Shown: positions 14,008 to 26,509, numbered from the stretch's first letter. The stretch: 64,000 bases of DNA from Octopus sinensis (GCF_006345805.1 NC_043000.1:59582001-59646000); one strand, 5' to 3'. A program made the numbers and translations. Notes: a model not told the origin generated them from the sequence alone.

Positions 14008-14162
14008 TATCTGTCTGTCTGTCTGTATGTATATATGTATATGTATGTGTGTGAACAATAATATTTTCAACAGATGTGTTGCAAATGTATCTGATTGTTC
14101 TCAAGCTTCAATACTGTGTGTGTGTGTATGTGTGTGTGTGTATGTATGTATATGTATGTATG

Positions 14163-14193
<31 letters not shown>

Positions 14194-14275
14194 GTGTGTG
14201 TATGTATGTGTGTGTATGTGTGTATGTATGTATGTATGTATGTATGTATGTATGTATGTATGTATGTATGTATGA
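13968..14275. repeat. Compound (GT)n/(GTCT)n/(GTAT)n microsatellite
   Basis: Directly visible. Source of several spurious ORFs. Confidence 0.95.
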
Positions 14276-14724
14276 GTGTATGTTTACTTTATTACTAATT
14301 ACTCTCTTCCAAGAACATTTTCACTCACTCTTAGCTCCCCATACATTTTACTCATGTATCTATCAGCGTCATAGACAGAATAGTTTCACTTTAGTCTTCC
14401 TCAAATCACTCTGTCGCTATTTACTTTCATTTTATTCGTTGCCCACTGTGTGTGTGCGTTTGCGTGTGGTGTAAACCAGACTAAGAAAAGCATTTGACAC
14501 ACACACCAGAATGTGAGTTTTCTGTAAATTTTGCTTAATTGGAGTTTAAATTTTAAAAACTGGACCTGGCATGACGCGATGCATTGTACTCTTAAAAATG
14601 CTAGGTAAATTGTAATTGAAGAAATCGTATATTGTAGATTTGTATAACTCCCAAAGGGAGGCAGATAAAATCTGCCTTTTATAATAAGAGATGAAATTTC
14701 ACACACACACATACACACGTATAT

Positions 14725-14906
14725 ATAGGTGCACGTGTAGCAGTGTGTTAAGCAGCTTGTTTCCTAACCATATGATTCCAGGTTCAGTTCCACTGTGTGG
14801 TAACTTGGGCAAGTGTCTTCTAATATAGCTTCAGGTCAACCAAAGCCTTGTGAGTGGATTTGGTAGATGGAAACTGAAAGAAGCCCAGTGTATGTGTGTG
14901 TGTATA

Positions 14907-14942
<36 letters not shown>

Positions 14943-15239
14943 TGTATGTGTCTGTGTGCATGTGCCTTTGTGTCTGAGTTTATCACCCCATTACTGTCTA
15001 CCAGTGCTGGTGTGGTTATATGTTCCCATAACATGATGGTTCAGCAAAAGTGACTGATACAATAAGTACTAGGCTTAAGAAAATAAGTCCTGGGGTTGAT
15101 TTGTTTCACTAAAACCCTTCAAGGCAGTGCTCCAGCATGGGCACAGTCAAGTTACTGAAACAAGTAAAAGAGTAAAAGAAAAGAATAAAAGAATAAAAGA
15201 GTAAAAGAAAAGAATAAAAGAATAAAAGAATAAAAGAAT
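14725..15239 (+). mobile_element. CORE-like tRNA-derived SINE (Octopus OR-like family) with internal (TATG)n and a (AAAGAAT/AAAGAGT)n tail
   Basis: Contains ggtaacttgggcaagtgtcttc (CORE-like) and gagtggatttggtag..gaaactgaaagaagccc. The same family recurs elsewhere in the window. Confidence 0.7.
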
Positions 15240-18200
15240 ATGAGAAATGGGTAGATAAAGTAATTGAGGTAATCAGAGTAAGTGACAGAATACTTAAGAT
15301 TAGATTAGTGCTTCATCATAGTTTAGCAACCATTATATCAGCCTATGCTCCTCAGTCGGGGCTACCCGATGGACAGAAAGACCGATTCTATGACACTCTA
15401 CTGCAGACTACCTCATTGACGAACGACAGAGACCTTATCTTTGTGGCTGGTGACTTCAATGGTCACGTTGGACGACATGCTGGGGGCTTCCATGGCGTAC
15501 ATGGAGGCTATGGCTATGGCTCCCGCAACGAGGAGGGAACCAGGCTGCTGGAGTTCTGCGATGCAAATAATCTTATGATTTGCAACACTAACTTCAGGAA
15601 ACTACCAGCCACCTAGTCACTTACCAATCGGGCCAACATACCAGCCAAATTGACTACATCCTTACAAGGCAAAGGGAGAGATGGCTGCTTATAAATGCCA
15701 AAACCTTCCCAGGTGAAGAATGTACCCCACAACATAGACTGGTAGTTAGTGACTTACGATCAGGACTAGGAGGACAACCAGAAGACGACAAATATGGAGA
15801 AGAAGGATCTGGAAGCTTAAAGATCCTGCAAATGGACAGAGATTTAGGGACATATTACTTGAAGCCTCTGACGAAGTAGAAGGGGATAGAGCATCACAGG
15901 GGGTAGAAGACAACTGGACGTTTCTAAGGGACAACCTGCTGAGAGCCACTGACCAGATCTGTGGCTGGTGCAAAGTCCCCTCTCGACCTAGAATAACGTG
16001 GTGGTGGAACAATATTGTAGACAGGGCTATTGGAGAAGAGAGACAGGCTTGGAAGGTCTGGAAAAATGGGGGTAGCAGGGGGAATTGTATCAGACTGCCA
16101 AAAGAGAAGCTAGGAGACAGGTTTATTAGCCAGAGGGGAAGCAGATAAGAAAAAATTTGCCAATGTTCTGCGCCGTGAGGACCAAAGACTGGAGGTGTTT
16201 CGTGTTGCAAGACAGTGTTGAGAGAGAATCGTGATGTGGTAGGAGAGAAGTGTGTTCGCATGGAAGATGGTTCACTTGCGCTAAATGAGGATGAGAGAGA
16301 GAGAGAGAGGTTTGGAGATGCCACTATGAAAGGTTGCTGAATGAAGAAAATGAATGGGATAAAGAGAGTCTGCCGAATGTTGACCCAACAGAGGGACCAG
16401 CTATCCGAGTTGATAGTTCTGTGGTAGCTAAGGCAATTAGAAGCATGAAGACAGGGAAAGCCCCAGGCCCATCAGGAATCACTGCAGAGATGCTCAAAAT
16501 GTCTGGTAGTGTCGGCTATAGCCTAGTCACCCATATAGTTAATCAGGTGATACACAAAGGGGTCATACCCAATGACTGGTGTAGCAGTATAATAGTCAAC
16601 TGCTACAAAGGTAAAGGTGATGCCCTAGATACAAATAACTACAGAGGTATCAAGCTGTTGGACCAGGTGATGAAGGTTACGGAGAGGGTCATAGCCCAAC
16701 TAATTAGAGAGAGAGTTAGTTTAGATGAGATGCAGTTTGGGTTGTGCCAGGGAAAAGTACTACTGATGCTATATTCCTGGTAAGGCAGCTGCAGGAGAAA
16801 TACCTAGCCAAAGATAAGCCCCTGTACCTGGCTTTTGTTGACATGGAGAAAGCCTTCGACAGGGTCCCCCGATCCCTTATCTGGTGGGCAATGAGAAAAC
16901 TAGGGATAGATGAATGGTTAGTGAGAGCTGTGCGGGCCATGTATAGGGACGCCGCTAGTAGGGTGAGGGTGGAAATGAGTACAGTGAAGAATTCCGGGTA
17001 GAGGTAGGGGTCCACCAAGGCTCAGTACTCAGCCCCCTCCTATTTATCATAGTCCTCCAGGCAATAACGGAGGAATTCAAGACAGGATGCCCTTGGGAGC
17101 TCCTCTATGCTGATGACCTTGCTCTAATTGCTGAGTCGCTATCAGAACTGGAGGAGAAGTTTCAGGTGTGGAAACAAGGATTAGAATCGAAGGGCCTCAG
17201 AGTCAATCTAGCTAAACCAAAGTCGTAATCAGTAGGAAGGTAGACAAATCACAAACACCTTCAGGTAGATGGCCCTGCTCGATCTGTAGAAAAGGTGTAG
17301 GTAGAAACTCTATAAGATGCACCAAGTGTAAGCTATGGACACATAAGAGATGCAGCAATGTCAAAGGAAGGCTAACTAGGAAGATGGTTTTTGTATGTGG
17401 CAGATGCTCAGAACAATAAACACTGAAAATGCTCTGAGACCAACTTCCGTCACTTTCCAGGGAGAAAAACTAGAAATAGTTGATAATTTCCATTACCTAG
17501 GTGACCAAGTCAGCAGCGGGGGCGGTGTGCTGAAAGTGTAACTGCTAGAGTAAGAATAGCTTGGGCAAAGTTCAGAGAGCTCTTACCTCTGCTGGTGACA
17601 AAAGGCCTCTCGCACAGAGTGAAAGGCAGACTGTATGATGCGTGTGTACGAACAGCCATGCTACATGGCAGTGAAACATGGCCGTGACTGCTGAGGATAT
17701 GCGTAAGCTCGCTAGAAATGAAGCCAGTATGCTCCGATGGATGTGTAATGCCGGTACTCACACTCGGCAGAGTGTAAGTACCTTGAGAGAAAAGCTGGAC
17801 CTAAGAAGCATCAGTTGTGGTGTGCAAGAGAGACGTTTGCGCTGGTATGGTCATGTGGCGAGAATGGATGAAGATAGTTGTGTGAAAAAGTGCCACACCC
17901 TAGCGGTTGAGGGAACCTGTGGAAGAGGCAGACCCAGGAAAACCTGGGACGAGGTGGTGAAGCACGACCTTCGAACTTTAGGTCTCACTGAGGAAATGAC
18001 TAGAGACCGAGACCTCTGGAAGTGTGCTGTGCGCGAGAAGACCCGGCAGGACAAGTGAGTCCACAACCCGTGGCCTTCTACATGGGATGGAGCCAGCCTA
18101 CGTATGCATACCTTCCCTTCTTGGGACACAAAACTCTACTTGTGAAGACGTGTTGAGGCAAGTGAGGATCAGAATCGAAATCGATCAATGGAAATTGCGG

Positions 18201-18668
18201 ATGTGCTACCAGTGCCGGTGGCATGTCGAAACTCTGCTTGTGAAGACCCATTGAGGCAAGTGAGGATCAGAATCGAAATCGATCAATGGAAATCGATCAA
18301 TGGAAATTGCAGATGTGTACCAGTGCCGGTGGCATGTAAGAGAACTTTCCGTTTCACGACCGTTGCCAGCACCGCCCCGTTTCGTGTCCGTTGCCAGCCT
18401 CGCCTGGCCCTCGTGCCGGTGACACATAAAAAGCACCATCCGTTCGTGGCCGTTTGCCAGCTCTGTCTGGCACCAGGCGGGTGGCACGTAAAAAGCACCC
18501 ACTACACTCACGGAGTGGTTGGCGTTAGGAAGGGCATCCAGCCGTAGAAACACTGCCAGATTTGACTGGGCCTGATGAAGCCTTCTGGCTTCACAGACCC
18601 CAGTAGAACCGTCCAACCCATGCTAGCATGGAAAACGGACGCTAAATGATGATGATGATGATGATGAT
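15240..18668 (+). mobile_element. 5'-truncated, frameshifted RTE-clade LINE (AP endonuclease + reverse transcriptase + 3' UTR)
   Basis: APE motifs ISAYAPQ and VAGDFNGHVG. RT motifs NYRGIKLL, AFVDMEKAFDRVP, GVHQGSVLSPLLF and LYADDL. RTE C-terminus RLRWYGHVARM...GRGRPRKTW. Ends in a (GAT)n tail. Confidence 0.95.
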
Positions 18669-18689
18669 GTATCTCTCTCTATATATATA

Positions 18690-18910
18690 TACTCTTTTAC
18701 TCTTTTACTTGTTTCAGTCATTTGACTGCAACCATGCTGGAGCAACACCTTTAATCAAGCAACTCAACCCCGGGACTTTCCACTCACAAGGCTTTGGTCG
18801 GCCCGAGGCTATAGTAGAAGACCCTTGCCCAAGGTGCCACACAGTGGGACTGAACCCCGGAATCATGTGGTTGGTAAACAAGCTACTTACCACACAGCCA
18901 CTCCTGCGCC
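18690..18910 (-). mobile_element. CORE-like SINE, internally shortened
   Basis: Reverse complement of the 14725-15239 family: cttgtttcagtcatttgactg... and cttgcccaaggtgccacacagtgggactgaaccc. Confidence 0.7.
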
Positions 18911-19904
18911 TATTCCATTAAACACATGCACATTCCTATGTGTTTGTTCCTAAGTACAAAGTTTGCAGATAGAAAGTACTCACTACTTCAGGAAATAAAG
19001 GATGTTATATTCTTTATTAGATGAATATGCATATTTATATTACACTCACACATATACACAACTTATACATATACACACAAGCCCATACACATACACACAG
19101 AGAGATGGAATAATGTTAGAGTAGATCATATGATGAAATATTATTGACATTTATGGTATATAATACTAGCAAGATTATAAATTGAAAGTGAATGTAACTG
19201 CATATTTTCAGTGAATTTGTGGCTCTTCAATTACATATTTGCTCTTTCTCTCTCTTACTGTGTGTGTGTGTGTGTATGATATATATGTGTGTTATAGTGT
19301 GTGTTTGTCTTTCTCTAGAAGTGTCACAGCTGGATGTTTGAAACCAATCAATGAACAACTAAACAATTAGGTTGGTAATTTAGTAGAATTATTTGAATGT
19401 AGGGCAAAATGCCTTGCATAGTTCATTTTGGCTTATTGTGTTCTGAGATCGCTGATCTGGCCCCCAGGTAACTTTGATGGAGTTCACTCTGCTGTAAGCA
19501 TTCAGGTGATACCTCCAGTTTGTGTGTAACTTCCTTTCCCACCTACCAGTTTCAGCAGTCAAGAAAGAAAAAAAATAATAATAATGTATGTTGCCCTTTC
19601 CTTCCTTGAGTAAGTAGTAAAAAAAAAGTTGGTGGGGAGCTGCCCTTTCTTCCCTGACTAGAGACACACAGTTCAGTTTCAACTAAAATAAATCCTTGTT
19701 ATCTTTTCATACATTCTTAAACTGTTGTCTACAAATGGATATTGTCTTAAACATTGACACTCTTATACATCATTACGAAAAAATCATACATACACATTCA
19801 AACACTTGGACACATGTGGATCTCTGTAAACAAAACTCTTTTAACTTGTACTTATGTCACAATGACACTGGAGTTCCATTAGTGGTTATTATTATTACTA
19901 AGGA

Positions 19905-20235
19905 GGTGAGCTAGCAGAATTGCTAGCATGCTGGACAAAATGCTTAGCAGTATTTTGCCTGTTGCTACATTATGAGTTTGAATTCTGCCAAAGTCGATAA
20001 ATTAAGTACCAGTGAAACACCGGGGTTGATGTAATCGACTAGTACCTTCACCCAAAATTTCAGGTCTTGTGCCTTTAGTACAAAGGATTATTATTATTAT
20101 CATCATCATTATCATCAGGCAACAAAAGGAGGAAAAGCATGGTTGACCTTAGTGGAATTTGAACTTAGAATTGAAGAAGGATGAAAAGTAAAATTGAAGA
20201 AGGCATTTTTACTTGGCATGGCAACAATTCTGCCA
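19905..20235. mobile_element. Two copies of the most abundant SINE family (core gactttgcctttcatcctttcggggtcgataaa), + then - (tail to tail)
   Basis: Similarity to the better preserved copies at 38135 and 58271. (ATT)n/(ATC)n tail between the two copies. Confidence 0.6.
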
Positions 20236-21068
20236 GCTTGCTATAGAATAACCAGTAACTGAGGGATATATCATGGCTGCTCAGGATCAGTCTCTTCCAA
20301 CTAGGAATAACTAGAGTAATGTCCTGAAATATGAAATCATCATGCCGCATATGCAATGAGAATCCAGAGCCAATTGACCACATAATCTCTGGATGCAGCA
20401 GACTGGCACTAACAGAATATTTGCAAAGGCATAACAGAGCAGCTCAGTACATCAACTGGTCAGTATGCTGCGCATATAACCTCCATCACAAAAACAATTA
20501 GTGAAAACACAAGCCACCACAAGTTGACCAAAATGCTGAGGCTACCGTCCTTTGGAATTTCAGTGTTCACACTGTTTGGAAACTACAGGCAAACTGACCA
20601 GATCTTATAGTGAAAAATCATATTGAAAAGACTTGTCACCTGATTGACACTGCAACTTTAGCCAACAAAACCATGTCTCTGAAAATATTTGCAAGACTGA
20701 GCATGTATAAGGACCTGAGGATAAAAATTGGAAGAATGTGACATCTCAAAACAACAACATTACCTATTATTATTGGGACACTCGGCTTGATATCATGAGG
20801 AAAGTGGAAATGGCAAGACTGTAATGAAATGCGAGAGGGTAATGTAAAAGTGATACCAGTGGTGATCAGTGCATTGGGCTCAATTCCATTGAAACCTCAA
20901 GACTCCTCAAGGCAACTGGAAACCCCATGCAAAATTGATGTCTTGCAAAAAGCAGCCTTATTGGACACAGCGCACATCTTAAGGAAAGTATTATTTGTCT
21001 GAGGTCCTTGTTGTGACTGACAGATGACTAAAGACTCCAGTGCATTCTTACCTACATTGTGTTATGAA
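20236..21068 (+). mobile_element. R4/Dong-like (restriction-like endonuclease) non-LTR retrotransposon, 3' part, degenerate
   Basis: Reads IMAAQDQSLPTRN, degenerate CCHC knuckle region, VIPVVISALGSIP and DVLQKAALLDTAHILRKVLFV*. Homologous to 51824-52300. Confidence 0.75.
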
Positions 21069-21275
21069 GGAATGATAATAATAAACCTTTCTACTAAAGG
21101 CACAAGGCCTGAAATTTTGCAGGAGGGGGCAAGTCGATTACATTGATCCCAGTGTTTCATTGGTACTTAATTTATCGACTCCAAAAGGATGAAAGGCAAA
21201 GTCGACCTCGGCAGAACTTGACCTCAGAACATAGCAACGGGCAAAATACTGCTAAGCATTTTGCCTGGTATTCTA
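21069..21275 (-). mobile_element. Abundant-family SINE
   Basis: aaggatgaaaggcaaagtcgacctcggcagaa... is the reverse complement of the family core. Confidence 0.75.
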
Positions 21276-22320
21276 TGGAAGCCTGACAAAATCAACAAGA
21301 CAACGATGATGATAATGATGAAGAAAGTGACTGAATTATAATGAAAATAAGGCACGCTAACAGACAAAGGAATTTTTTGATTAACCTAGGAAATGCAACA
21401 GGCATATAAAGAAGGCTCAATGTCCCTCCAGATAAATCCAGGAGAGAGGGTGGGGAGGCGAGAGCAATGAACACACTTCTGACCATCTTCTCTGCAATAC
21501 TATCTCCCTCACCCATTCACTCTGTCAGCATTATATTGTTTTTCAATGTCAAGAATGCAGCAAAAAACAGAAAGTGAAGAGGGAGGAGAAAAGAAAAGAG
21601 CAGGGATGAGAGAAGTGTGAGAGGAAGAAAGAAGAGATGAAATAACAGTAGCTGCCTGGGAAACTGATTAAGGAAAAAGGCAGTGGTTGACCTAATTTGA
21701 TTAGAAAATTGATATTTAGTATATATAAATTTTATCTGTAATGTGGAAGTAATGCATATGAGAGAGAGAGAAAGAGAGAGACAGACAGAGAGGTAGAGAG
21801 AGACTATTTATATTTAGACTATTTTGACTAAAAGAATGTAATAAAAATAAATTATCTAAATACACATCACAAAAACTAATGAAGTAAAGCAATAAAAATA
21901 TCTAGCTTTAAGGATAGGTGCAATCAAATTCACCCCCATCTCTTGAAATTTTTAAATACACCCAAAGTAAGAAATTATTAGTGAAAATAACAATTTGATC
22001 AATATATTGAATATGAGAATTATTTAGTTATTTATGGATTATTATTATTATTTATGTAAATAAAAAAGCTATTTAAATGTTATGTAGGTATTCATATATA
22101 GAAAAAACAAATCAACTTTACTTTCAAACTATCAACCGGAAAAAGAAAAAAAACAATAAAAATTAAGTTTTTATTTTATTTGCTAAATCTCTTGTTGAAG
22201 ATGAATGATCCACAGAATGGGGTGAGGAGAATTCGGTAAATCATTACATGATCCCTGTTAATTAATATCGTCTGCAATACAGCTATCCAAGAAAATTCAA
22301 ACTGTAGTTAGACATGTGAT

Positions 22321-22620
22321 TTTTTTTTTTGTCCTAGATACTCTCACATAATTAACAATGAATGGATCCCCTACTACTACTACTAATAATAATAATGAGG
22401 GTGGTGATAATATTATTATTATAATAGTAAAAAGCCAGCAATTTTGAAGGGAAGGGAAGTAAATTTTTTTGTCCTAGATATTCTCACATTATTAACAATG
22501 AATGGATTCCCTACTACTACTAATAATAATGATGATAATAATAATGATGATGGTGGTAATGTTATTGTTATTATTATTATAGTACAAAGCCAGCAATTTT
22601 GAAGGGAAGGGAAGTCAATA
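22321..22620. repeat. Local tandem duplication of about 145-155 bp
   Basis: Two copies of ttttgtcctagata.tctcacat.attaacaatgaatggat.ccctactactac...aagccagcaattttgaagggaagggaagt. Confidence 0.85.
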
Positions 22621-23537
22621 ACATGAACCTCAGTTCTTGACTGGTACTTTATTTTATTGACCTGGAAAGGAGGCAAGGCAAAGATGACCTCCAGAGGATT
22701 TGAAATGTCAGTTTGTCACTTATAATAATAGTTTCTAATTTAGGCATAAAGCCAGCAATTTTGATGAGAGGGGATTGATTACACTGACTCCAATACTTGA
22801 CTGATATTTACTTTATTGACTATGAAAGGGTGAAAGGTAAAGTTGAACTCAGTGAAATTTAAATTCAGGACAGAAAAATTCAGACCAAATATACAAAGCA
22901 TTTCTTCCAACACTAATTATTCTACCAATCCACTGACCTCAATACAACATGTTGATAGTGACAAAATTGTAATATCTGCACTGATATGAATAAATAAACT
23001 TAGTACAACTGACTTAAAAACATATTTTAATTTCCAGATGATCCAGTTTAAACGGAAGGAATAAAGAAAAATAAAGAGATTCTATAAAAGAACTTTACAT
23101 GAATCTATGTAAAAAGTAAGAAATTAGTACTATAATGTTCTGAATATATTTATCTTTTCATGAAAAATTACTTTTTTTTTCCCCTCCTTTTTTGTTGAGA
23201 GATATACGGTTGATTGAATCACTTACAGTATATTACTACTACTAATATTGAATCTGGAAGGGTGAAATGGCAAAACTGAACCTAGAAGTATTTGAATTAG
23301 AACTATGAACTATTAAACATGTTTTGTAAAGTATCAAATTTGGTTCTGAACAATGTCTCAATAGAAAAAAGGCAGTAAAAGGACTCAGGTAAAATTGAAA
23401 GCAGGAAGTGCTAAAGCTGCAGGTGTGTTAAGGCACGTGTGGGAAGATGTGAAAAAAAAAAAAAAAAAAAAAATTCTATATAACCATTTTGTGTAAGACT
23501 TGATTAGTGAAATGAGTAGCTGTGCACAGTTACCTAC

Positions 23538-23663
23538 CATCCTACATAATTTGATACGGTCAGGATCATGAAGAGGACCTTTCCAATCAGCAATGATATC
23601 AGAATCCATTGTAAAAATATTTTCAATAACAGTTGTGAGCGGTAAAAAAATGCCCTTCATAGT
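23538..23663 (-). CDS. Internal coding exon (126 nt, phase 0-0): TMKGIFLPLTTVIENIFTMDSDIIADWKGPLHDPDRIKLCRM
   Basis: Acceptor gttacag|ACT has a weak pyrimidine tract; an in-frame alternative lies 6 nt upstream. Donor ATG|gtaggt. Within ORF 23385..23660. In frame with exon 26813-26937. Confidence 0.75.
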
Positions 23664-25618
23664 CTGTAACTACTATTCCTATGTAAACCAACTGACTTGT
23701 GTTGTAGCACTTAACATCAACAACTGGCATGTAATCCACATGTTTATTGCTTCTACAGTGAAGTAGATCATTGGACAATGGAAGATAGTGTTTTTTCAAT
23801 GTTGCACAATAACATTGTGACATGTGAGAGATAACAAACAGATTTTTTTTTTTCAATTAATCCTCTTCATTTTTCAAGATAAGTGGCAAAATAGCAGTGG
23901 TATTTCCTTATAACTCATTTGATAGCTCTATCAGTTTACATAGATTGTGAGTATTAGTACATTCTGTCATAGTAACAAGTGATATAAATAAAATGAAACA
24001 AGACTATAACTAGAATACTAGAAGACAACTACAAGAAAAGCAACTGAGTATAGTTTAGTAGATGTATAACAGTGAGATGTTTACAGGAAGAACGATGGTA
24101 CCACATATTAGGTGGTGCTGATCAAGCAACATAACACTCTGAGTGAAAGAGGTGACTACACTAAACTCTATTAATAACTACAGGAAACTATCATCAGTCA
24201 ATCAATTCAGTCAACCAACAAGCCAGCCAACCAACCAGTAGGATTTGGTGATGTGGTAAAATATATAAAATCATTTGATTTTAACAGGATTATTCTAAGA
24301 ATATTATTTATAATTAAGGTTGGCGAGAGAGGGGGGAGTAGAGGGGGGAGAGAGAGAGGGAGAAAGGGAAATCAAAAGAACAATGATATTTTTTTTTCTT
24401 TCTCAAAATGAACAAATAAATCTAAACAGATTTTATTTAAATCATACAGACAGATTATTATCAAAGAGGAACAGATACCTACTTAAATGAAAACTCATGA
24501 ACATAAATGAAATGACATATAAAGATGCAGATATATCCAAGTAATTCATGAATAGAAAAATAGAGAGAGGAATAAAATGCAGAAAGGAAGTTTTAATATC
24601 TGACATTTTTAGTTTTTTGTTCTTGTTTGTTTATAGACTAAGTAGATTTATCCATGATGTCAATAGCTACTGAATCCATATGATCTCTAGTTTACACAAC
24701 AGCAGTAGCAACAACAATATGACATTTGCTATTTAGCAAAAAGAAACCTCTCAAATTAGTATTAAACTAGTTGTATTCAGTTTATGATATAAATCCAATA
24801 AATTAATTTAAAAAACCAAAACAGTAAGATTGGAAATTGAATGATAATACACATTTCAGAAAAGGTAAAACATTTTAATAACAGCAGCTATTGTCTATCT
24901 GAATAAAAGTTCTGTACTAGTGTAATAAAACTGTAAGGTGCTAAGTGGAACAATAAAAGCTGGACTATGTACACATTTTACTAAAGGAAAATACAACCAC
25001 TGAGAGAATCCATTAGAGTTTTCAAACAATTAAAACCTCAACTAAAAGACAGGGTTATGTCATTAAACAATTTAAGCTGTCTTTCGGTATCATTACACTT
25101 GCTTTCCAATAACGAATGCCTTAATTCCAAATGTTATTTCTTATTTTTTAAAAAAATTTTGTTGGAATCTGAGGCAAAATCAGATTAGATTTTAGCTTCA
25201 AACTGAGTTTTTTGATATTATTTAGCATCATGAAATATTATAAAATAAATTTGTGTAAGTCAATAACTCAGGCCACAGGCTAAGTTCACACAAACAATTG
25301 CAGATGTTCATTAGAAAAAAATCAAAAATAATTCTAAGAAACAATAAAAGAAAGATACTAATCTAGTAATACAATTCATTTCAAATAGAAAATGAAAGTA
25401 ATGTTTTTACAATAAAATATTCTTAATTTAATTTTTCAGATATTGATGAATGATAAGTATCTTTGCATAAACTGATATATATCTAAAGTATGATTCTATT
25501 ATTGGATATATCTGGTTATAGGGTGAAATAAGTACATTTCTCAAATTACTAATTATTTCAATCCCATTTAGCATCTATTCATTGTAATCATTGGCTTTTT
25601 CTCTTATTTTGTTTATAC

Positions 25619-25655
<37 letters not shown>

Positions 25656-25699
25656 ATATATATATCCTTTCCTGAGTGTCCAATAACACAGTACTTGCT

Positions 25700-25820
25700 C
25701 CATGCCTTGCGTTGTTGTATTTTCATGCTTGTTGTTTTGATTGACTATATATATATAGTGGTGCTATTAAGTTAGACATGGCCTGGGCCAATAATGGCCG
25801 AAACCTATCAAAGTATCTAA

Positions 25821-25881
<61 letters not shown>

Positions 25882-25976
25882 TACATATATACATACATAT
25901 ACATACATACATACATATACATACATACATATATACACACACACACATATACACACACACACATATACACACACAC

Positions 25977-26031
<55 letters not shown>

Positions 26032-26234
26032 TACACATATATATACATATAATATATATATATACATATATATATATACACACATATATATATATATATA
26101 CCAGAGTAAACACATAAATGTGAAACAAGGTGGAAAAAAGAGTACTCAAATACCAGGTGTAGAGTAATATGCTTTATTTAAAAGCAGCAGAAATTCAACA
26201 AAACCTGTTGAATTTCTGCTGCTTTTAAATAAAG
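25700..26234. mobile_element. Penelope-like terminal-repeat remnants embedded in (TA)/(CA)n microsatellite
   Basis: Hammerhead-like ggcc-aataat-ggcc-gaaac at 25786-25804. Segment ccagagtaaacacataaatgtgaaacaagg is shared with 355-412. Ends in a perfect fold-back at 26172-26234. Confidence 0.45.
25823..26100. repeat. Compound (TA)n/(CA)n/(CATA)n microsatellite
   Basis: Directly visible. Confidence 0.95.
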
Positions 26235-26471
26235 TATATACATATATATATACATATATACATACATATACATATATACATACACACACATATATATATA
26301 CATATATATACATACACACACATATATATATACATATATATACATACACACACATATATATATACATATATATACATACACACACATATATATATACATA
26401 TATATACATACACACACATATATATATACATATATATACATACACATATACATATACATATATACATACAC

Positions 26472-26509
<38 letters not shown>

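Noticed and set aside
15746-16324. 192-aa minus-strand ORF; similar ORFs at 16716, 17510, 17851, 18206, 40912 and 43107
   Set aside because: Antisense shadows of RTE coding or UTR sequence.
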